From positions 104,159 to 168,158 of IMG/VR virus record IMGVR_UViG_3300005077_000565: a stretch of 64,000 nucleotides of DNA. One strand, 5' to 3'. This document shows positions 58,413-64,000 of this stretch, in pieces. The stretch's first letter is position 1; every line of letters begins with the position of its first letter. Made by a program: the position numbers and the translations under genes. The notes beneath the pieces are model-generated. The model was not told the DNA's origin. It searched no databases and saw only the letters and a list, made by a program, of their open reading frames with translations. The stretch comes from a virus.

Positions 58413-58652
58413 CTAATTTACTAATTTAAAAAATACGGCATCGTCCTGGTTGGCAAAACATACTGTAATACCATGTCGATGTTGAGCATATTCCCAACGG
58501 TCGCCAGGACAACCAAACAATTCCTGCATGAACTCTTTAAATTTTGATATTGAATCTTCAACATCTAGACTTATATTATAAAAGTAATGATACTGCCCGT
58601 CAAGCTGAGTCCAGGCACTATCAATTGATATATGTCCGTTTTCTGAATTCAT
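58413..58652 (-). CDS. hypothetical protein
   Basis: FG.PGDRW...F..QDDAVFFKL. Confidence 0.6.
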   Translation of the reverse strand: MNSENGHISIDSAWTQLDGQYHYFYNISLDVEDSISKFKEFMQELFGCPGDRWEYAQHRHGITVCFANQDDAVFFKLVN

Positions 58653-58681
58653 TATGTATGCATTTTATCTGATATTTAGTA

Positions 58682-58798
58682 TCATGCAAACAAGTCTTCA
58701 TTCCATTCACGGTGACCTTCGCGGAACGCCATGTTACTTTGTGTTTCACGAACTTCCACACGGTAACACCAAAGACGCTGTTCTAACCTTGTGTTCAT
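58682..58798 (-). pseudogene. orphan duplicate of the queD 3' end (38 aa ORF)
   Basis: Translates to MNTRLEQRLWCYRVEVRETQSNMAFREGHREWNEDLFA; 25 aa identical to the QueD C-terminus. Confidence 0.85.
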
Positions 58799-59007
58799 TA
58801 TTCAACTCCAAAATGTTCTTTGATACTAATAGAAATTTGTTGTTGAGTAGGAGGAAGATGCCAGTGTGTTTCTGCTACAACATTGGCACATTCCTTGACA
58901 ACCAATTCAACTAATTTTTCCAAGTGCGATTCGGGTAGAGAATAACTACCATCAAGTTTTGTGAATCCGCCAGCCTTCCAAATGAGTCTGTCTATTTGTT
59001 CGTTCAT
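58798..59007 (-). CDS. hypothetical protein
   Basis: ELVVKECA...IKEHFGVE. Confidence 0.65.
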   Translation of the reverse strand: MNEQIDRLIWKAGGFTKLDGSYSLPESHLEKLVELVVKECANVVAETHWHLPPTQQQISISIKEHFGVE

Positions 59008-59864
59008 AGGTAATAATATTCCTTGTTGTTTGGATCTCTCAATCTACTATGTAGTTTGTATTCAGATATGTTTAATTCTAACATAGCCTGCTTAAGAGTA
59101 TCAAATGTTCTAGAATCAGCAACAATCTTTCTTGCCCTGCCATTTTCACTGCCAGCACATTTACCCTTTCTACCACGACTGCTATTCTCAAACACCTCTT
59201 GTCGTTTTTCTTCAGACCAGTTCGCTCTTGTTTCTTTGGCTTTCTGCCTTGCTAATGTTTCTGTTTCTGGATCTCGATTCTCTACACCTTTTCGTGCCGC
59301 TTCTTTTCTGCGTTCTTCACCCATTCTTTCTTTACCTAAACGGGCACTACGCTTTCTATCTTCTGGATCACGGGCCTTGACACCTTCTACTAATCTTGGT
59401 ATATTGTCTCGCAACCGTTCTTTTAGTTGCTGTCCTTCTTGGGTTTGATACCATTCTTTAGTTTTGTTATGAACATCATCTAAAATAGTTTTCTTTTCTT
59501 CTTCGGTTCTGTTGGCCCACACTTGTTTGATTTGATTACTAAACTCTTGTCGGCGTTCATCTGTCCATCCTGCTTTAGTGTCCCCACCTATTACATCTTT
59601 TGCTACATTGTAGTAGTCATCGGAATAGTAAGCATTGACTTTATCTAAATGGAACTTTTCTCGTCCTAACAAATATTGTCTATCTTCAATCTCAACATAC
59701 TCAATAATAGAACGGGTAAAGTTTTCTAATCCGTGCTTTTTTACGGCCCTTTGAAACACTTTACCTGATCCAACATATCCATCGTCTATGGTGCCAGCGT
59801 GTGAACCAATATACTTCTTACCATTGATGTTATTGGTCCACTCGTAAATAAATCCATAATACAT
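59004..59864 (-). mobile_element. free-standing GIY-YIG (Seg-like) homing endonuclease
   Basis: YGFIYEWTNNINGKKYIGSH, YVGSG, YYN; TAAATA at 59892-59897. Confidence 0.85.
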
Positions 59865-59904
59865 AGTTCGTCCTTTGCTACTAACTATGTTTATTTATGC
59901 TGAT

Positions 59905-60420
59905 TTACTCAAAACCTACAAATAAGTCCTCTCCCCACTCCCTGTGACCTTCTCTAAACGCCATATTAGATTGGGTTTCTCGGACTTCAACTCTGTAGCA
60001 CCAAAGTCGTTTTGCTTCGCCCTCGCCCCACATATCTGGGATATAAACGCCATTTACATACTTGTAAAGATAGTCAGCAAGTGATTCGCATCCTAACTTT
60101 GGTAGTATGGTTAACTTCATAAGACCACGCTTTTCTGCTTCTTTATACCAATCAAGTTCTGGGTCATCAGAACTACACAATGTGGTATGGTCAAATTGAT
60201 CTTCTAGAATCTTTTTCAATTCTTTGAGTCCACCGTAGTCAGCCGCCCAATTGCGAACGTCTAGATCGTTAGTTCCAAAGTAGAACTTCATACTGAATGA
60301 ATATCCGTGAATCAAATTACAATGGCTATCAGCACGCCATTGACGATATGCACATGGAAATGCATCGTGATATTCTTTTGTTGATGTATACTTATAGTAT
60401 ACTGGTTGTAGATTTGCCAT
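59905..60420 (-). CDS. queD: 6-carboxy-5,6,7,8-tetrahydropterin synthase (QueD/PTPS)
   Basis: HCNLIHGY, DYGGLK, FDH, GCESLA, VEVRET..N; AGGAGA SD before MANLQ at 60420. Confidence 0.88.
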   Translation of the reverse strand: MANLQPVYYKYTSTKEYHDAFPCAYRQWRADSHCNLIHGYSFSMKFYFGTNDLDVRNWAADYGGLKELKKILEDQFDHTTLCSSDDPELDWYKEAEKRGLMKLTILPKLGCESLADYLYKYVNGVYIPDMWGEGEAKRLWCYRVEVRETQSNMAFREGHREWGEDLFVGFE

Positions 60421-60514
60421 CTCTAGTCTCCTTTTAAAAGTAGCAAGTTTGATGACACGCAGAGTATTTAGAGTGGGGTGAATGTCCGAGACCACTTGGT
60501 AAGTTATATATTTA
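60421..60514 (-). promoter_or_regulatory. queD leader: TAAATA promoter and candidate preQ1-I-like pseudoknot
   Basis: P1 AGTGG/CCACT; loop TCTCGGACATTCACC; GACAT/GTGTC pseudoknot pairing. Confidence 0.45.
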
Positions 60515-60520
60515 CCTAAA

Positions 60521-61189
60521 TTATTTTCTATTACCAAATAACTGCAGAAGATTCAGGAACAGATTAACAAAGTTCAAATATAGAGAAATTGCTCCGATGA
60601 TTTCAGCTCGGCCATTATTATTATAGCTGACAATTTCTCTGATTTTTTGTGTGTCATAGGCAGTTAGTCCTAGAAATACAACAATGGAAATCGCACTGAT
60701 TACCATCTGAAATACTGTACTGCCGATGAAAACATTAATAACACTGGCGATCACCACTGCAATCAATCCCACAAATAGATACTGACCCAGTGAGTCTAGA
60801 CTACGCTTGGTGAAATAGCCATAGAAACTCATTGTGGCGAACAGCACTGCCGCACCCATGAACGCTGTGACAATACTGCCCATGGTATAGACTGCGAAAA
60901 TTGTAGCGAAACTTAGACCCATGAGCGCGGCAAATCCGTGCAGGAACATCTGTAGTCCCGGCCGATCAAATCGTTCCTGTGCGAATGAAAATGCCAGAAT
61001 TGCCACCAGTGGTGCAAAGATAACAATCCACTTTAAAATACCAGTAAAGAAGAACTCCAGCAGTGCCGGTGTAGATCCCACGAAGTAACTGACAATCATA
61101 CTGGTCACCACTGCCAGACTCATGTTGGCATAGACTCGAGCCATGGCTTCATTGGTGGCGCTGGCTCCGCGATAAACTGACTGATACAT
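60521..61189 (-). CDS. BAX inhibitor-1/YccA family membrane protein
   Basis: About 7 TM; GLTAYDTQKI, LYLNFVNLFLNLLQLFG. Confidence 0.9.
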   Translation of the reverse strand: MYQSVYRGASATNEAMARVYANMSLAVVTSMIVSYFVGSTPALLEFFFTGILKWIVIFAPLVAILAFSFAQERFDRPGLQMFLHGFAALMGLSFATIFAVYTMGSIVTAFMGAAVLFATMSFYGYFTKRSLDSLGQYLFVGLIAVVIASVINVFIGSTVFQMVISAISIVVFLGLTAYDTQKIREIVSYNNNGRAEIIGAISLYLNFVNLFLNLLQLFGNRK

Positions 61190-61194
61190 TTATA

Positions 61195-61788
61195 TTACTC
61201 CTTGGTTTTTTTATAGATTACTTGATCTGCTAGTCCGTAAGCCACTGCTTCTTCGGCACTCATGAACTTGTCGCGGTCCATGTCGGCTTCGAAATCAGCA
61301 TAGGTCTTACCCGCAGTATTGTGACGAACATATAGTTCGGTCAGCATTTTCTTCATTTTGGTAATTTCCTGATATTGGATTTCAATATCACTCTGCATGC
61401 CACGAGCACCACCACTGGGTTGATGGATCATGGTGCGGCTGTAAGGCAGTACATATCGCTTCCCAGGTGCTCCAGCCTGAGCCAAAAAGCTACCCATACT
61501 ACAGGCCTGACCCAGAACCACGGTACTGACATCCGGACGAATATACTGCATAGTATCGTAGACGCTCATACCGTCAGTGATGATACCACCTGGACTGTTG
61601 ATGTAGAGTGTGATGTCAGTGTCGGGATCTTCACTTTCCAGAAATAACATCTGAGCCACAATAAGATTACAATTGTGTTCTTCCACTGGACCGTTCAGCA
61701 TAATAATACGGTCTTTGAGCAAACGGCTATAGATATCATAACTACGCTCACCGGCGCTGGTTTTTTCAACTACAATTGGTACTAGCAT
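61195..61788 (-). CDS. clpP: ATP-dependent Clp protease proteolytic subunit
   Basis: [33 protein letters not shown]. Confidence 0.96.
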   Translation of the reverse strand: MLVPIVVEKTSAGERSYDIYSRLLKDRIIMLNGPVEEHNCNLIVAQMLFLESEDPDTDITLYINSPGGIITDGMSVYDTMQYIRPDVSTVVLGQACSMGSFLAQAGAPGKRYVLPYSRTMIHQPSGGARGMQSDIEIQYQEITKMKKMLTELYVRHNTAGKTYADFEADMDRDKFMSAEEAVAYGLADQVIYKKTKE

Positions 61789-62018
61789 TAAAATCTTCCT
61801 GTTTTTACGTTATATGTTTTTGGGCCCGGGCTGGTGAATTCCATTCCCAGGGAATTACCAACATAGATATTACTGTTGGCTTTGTATTTCATTATAATAC
61901 GATTTCCACCAATAGCAACCGATAATTGGTGTTCGGGTTTGAAATCCAGAACACTAGCCTGTGCTCGCCGTCCGTTATTGGTGCAGGTTAACTCGCACTC
62001 GTCATCGTGTCTAATCAT
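61788..62018 (-). CDS. hypothetical protein
   Basis: [13 protein letters not shown]. Confidence 0.6.
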   Translation of the reverse strand: MIRHDDECELTCTNNGRRAQASVLDFKPEHQLSVAIGGNRIIMKYKANSNIYVGNSLGMEFTSPGPKTYNVKTGRF

Positions 62019-62551
62019 TTTAAAGTAAGTCCCAGTCGGTTAATACAATATTGCACACATCGTGCCTGAGCACGACAATCTTCCAGTGCATTGTGTGCTT
62101 CAAATTTAAGTTGTTTACGTGGATCTGTGGGCATTAGTCCAAAGAGTGTACGACTATCTCTGATGCCCCAGAAGGGCCAGGGATAGGCCCGATCATATTG
62201 GCGATATAAATTTTCCAGTATGACCATGTCGAATGTCGGGCCCTGCGCCCAGAATGCATCTACCCCCACAGACCATCGTTTAAATTCAGTTAAAAAATCT
62301 TCAATTTTAGTTCGATTGTCGGGATTGAATGCTGCCTCTACTACGCTGGCCGGCTGTTGCCCCCACCATTCCAGTGTGCCATGATCCAGGCTGCGTCCAC
62401 GTTCCTGTTGTTCTTCGATATCCAGCTGATAGTGTATTTCGTCGTAAATTTTGTCCGTGTTAGGATCAAACTTCAGACCACCCACACAAAGAATCACTGA
62501 GTCGGGTTTAGTACCCAGTGTTTCAAGGTCAATCATTGCATGTGTAGTCAT
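62015..62551 (-). CDS. DEDDh 3'-5' exonuclease (DexA-like)
   Basis: MIDLETL, QGPTFD, RDSRT, HNALED. Confidence 0.85.
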   Translation of the reverse strand: MTTHAMIDLETLGTKPDSVILCVGGLKFDPNTDKIYDEIHYQLDIEEQQERGRSLDHGTLEWWGQQPASVVEAAFNPDNRTKIEDFLTEFKRWSVGVDAFWAQGPTFDMVILENLYRQYDRAYPWPFWGIRDSRTLFGLMPTDPRKQLKFEAHNALEDCRAQARCVQYCINRLGLTLK

Positions 62552-62558
62552 AAAAACT

Positions 62559-62870
62559 TTAAAGTTTAATCATTTCCATGGCGATTATCTGCCCAATTTC
62601 CTGCGCAGTATCACCGTCATCACGCACAATATAGTTGGTATACAGATTGCGATCTGTACGCTCGTCATACTTTCTAAAAGTCAACACCGCACCACCGTGT
62701 GCCGGTGTCAGCGTAAATGACAGTTGATTGTTTGAACCAATGGAATTGTCGCCAACGGCTGTTACCTTATTTGATGAGATACACAGTTCAGGACGATCCG
62801 ATTCACTGTCGTGGTGATACTGATGGATGCATCGCTGAAACCACCGGCCCAATCTTGCTCGAATTTTCAT
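62559..62870 (-). CDS. hypothetical protein
   Basis: 103 aa ORF. Confidence 0.6.
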   Translation of the reverse strand: MKIRARLGRWFQRCIHQYHHDSESDRPELCISSNKVTAVGDNSIGSNNQLSFTLTPAHGGAVLTFRKYDERTDRNLYTNYIVRDDGDTAQEIGQIIAMEMIKL

Positions 62871-63256
62871 CGTTGTTCCTTGTATAGTTCGTTGTTTCTA
62901 TAGTTTCCGCGTTCGGGAATGACATGACGAACCCCGCCGGTGGGATCGGCCATGTCGCCACGACGCCGTGGTATCAAGTGTATGTGTGGGTACATCACAG
63001 TCTGACCCGAGCTTATACCCTGGTTAATACCAACATTAAACCCGTCACAGCTTTTTGATTGTACTAGTTCTAGGCCCTGTTTGTATGCCATTGACAGCGC
63101 CAGCGATATCATTTCAGGACTATCATCCTTGGGTACAAATAACATGTGACCCTGAGTAACTGGATACATATCAAAAAATACTACAACATGCTCGGTATCG
63201 TAGGCTAGATTAGTCCAGGGTGCGATTTTTGCAAAAACAGCTTCTTCAAGTTTCAT
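62867..63256 (-). CDS. HIT-family hydrolase
   Basis: YPVTQGH.LFVPK, GQTVMYPHIHLIPRR. Confidence 0.88.
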   Translation of the reverse strand: MKLEEAVFAKIAPWTNLAYDTEHVVVFFDMYPVTQGHMLFVPKDDSPEMISLALSMAYKQGLELVQSKSCDGFNVGINQGISSGQTVMYPHIHLIPRRRGDMADPTGGVRHVIPERGNYRNNELYKEQR

Positions 63257-63686
63257 AATTAATAGGTTGCATGTGACTTTCCACCAACGCATTGTGTAGT
63301 TGTTGTGTGTTGATGTTATTTTCGATATATCCTGCCATCACCAAATTCCAATAACCTAGTCCCGGTGGACTGGGTATAGTTTCGTCGGTCATCACATAAA
63401 CCCAGGCCTCCTGGCGAAGGCCAGTGTCTTGTGATATTACTGGTAACAATATACGATTATAATAGCTGGGATATCCTTCAGTCAAGTCTAGACTGCACAA
63501 ATCAGAATCTGAAATATCCCAGAGCAGTCCCTGTACCACTGAATTATAGTCGACGACTACATTACAGTGAACGGCAAACTCTAGGTGATATCCAGGAAGT
63601 GTGGCAACACCACAACACCTCGCATCCGGGCACCGAGCCCGCATGCTGTCAGTGTTGGTATTCATACCATAACCAAAATATCGCAT
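63246..63686 (-). CDS. gamma-glutamylcyclotransferase-family protein
   Basis: YFGYGMN, V.GLLW, LD..EGYP..Y. Confidence 0.8.
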   Translation of the reverse strand: MRYFGYGMNTNTDSMRARCPDARCCGVATLPGYHLEFAVHCNVVVDYNSVVQGLLWDISDSDLCSLDLTEGYPSYYNRILLPVISQDTGLRQEAWVYVMTDETIPSPPGLGYWNLVMAGYIENNINTQQLHNALVESHMQPINYET

Positions 63687-63688
63687 CT

Positions 63689-64000
63689 TTATCTCCGCAT
63701 TCGAGCGATGTCTTCAGCTTCGGTATTACTGAACACTGGCACTGCATTGGATTTGTGAAGTGTACCAATGCCTACAATTTTGTCACCGGTGTACTGTGGG
63801 ATATCTCGTGTGCGCACTGCGCCGGTGTGTCCAGTATCTAGGCTGGCAATTTTACGTGTTTCACGCCCAGGCGGTGCCGAAAGACTATAAGTCAAAGGCT
63901 CAGCTTTAAGTGCACGTGTCTGACGTTTTGCATCTTCTTCAACTGCCCAACGCTTCCTTAAATCAGCCCAGTCAGCGTCTAACTCACGTGCTCGACGTGC
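63689..64000 (-). CDS. conserved phage hypothetical protein, partial (starts beyond the right edge)
   Basis: Frame is open to 64000; YTG..IVGIGTLHKSNAVPVF...IARMRR. Confidence 0.7.
   Translation of the reverse strand, partial: ARRARELDADWADLRKRWAVEEDAKRQTRALKAEPLTYSLSAPPGRETRKIASLDTGHTGAVRTRDIPQYTGDKIVGIGTLHKSNAVPVFSNTEAEDIARMRR

Noticed and set aside
58654-58914. 86 aa plus-strand ORF, or a possible tRNA in this gap
   Set aside because: The region is explained by the antisense queD remnant; no cloverleaf or T-loop motif seen.
60421-60537. 39-residue N-terminal extension of QueD in the ORF track
   Set aside because: A strong SD precedes the ATG at 60420; the region reads better as promoter and RNA leader.
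37800-61788. Bacterial chromosome origin suggested by clpA, clpP, prs, infA and dnaJ
   Set aside because: These genes are interspersed with T4-like replication, lysis and virion genes and phage-type promoters, without bacterial operon context.
374-63841. Dozens of plus-strand and alternate-frame ORFs in the track (e.g. 1448..1783, 36038..36532, 44487..44939, 59023..59448)
   Set aside because: They are shadows of well-supported minus-strand genes with no motifs or SD. Only 27401, 29148 and 43108 are credible plus-strand genes.
1-64000. CRISPR array, tRNA/rRNA genes, reverse transcriptase/DGR, integrase or transposase
   Set aside because: No spaced repeats or diagnostic motifs noticed by eye; a tRNAscan or CRISPR scan was not run.
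1-64000. Stop-codon reassignment
   Set aside because: Known genes are full length under the standard code and coding density is high; the one split (22950) is a frame change, not an in-frame stop.

Overview
A 64 kb segment of a large, T4-like (myovirus/jumbo-type) tailed dsDNA phage. Almost all genes are on the minus strand. The host is Gram-negative (spanin pair), possibly an alphaproteobacterium (my reading of Prs, FdxA and BI-1). The window holds replication genes (RNase H, sliding clamp, family B DNA polymerase, clamp loader), nucleotide metabolism genes, lysis genes, a virion/fibre block, proteostasis genes (ClpA, ClpP, DnaJ, GroES, BI-1), IF-1, PhoH, UvsE and three free-standing GIY-YIG endonucleases. 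Two promoter classes are visible: sigma70-like TTGACA-N17/18-TA(C/T)AAT and late-type TAAATA. The most notable system is a 7-deazaguanine pathway (FolE, QueD, QueE, YhhQ, a TGT/DpdA-like transglycosylase, a DpdL-like T-fold protein). It encloses a GT-B glycosyltransferase whose motifs resemble the eukaryotic queuosine mannosyltransferase QTMAN/GTDC1, next to a nucleotidyltransferase-cupin fusion, with a phosphomannomutase elsewhere in the window. Together these suggest an undescribed glycosylated (possibly mannosylated) deazaguanine modification. Other highlights: a preQ1-I-like pseudoknot in the queD leader; an orphan structured RNA; an array of putative protease-cleaved polyproteins that appears shuffled at linker DNA; a ParB-like/HNH cassette bracketed by inverted repeats; and a recoded duplicate of the queD 3' end left behind a homing endonuclease. 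All calls come from motif recognition by eye; no searches were run.
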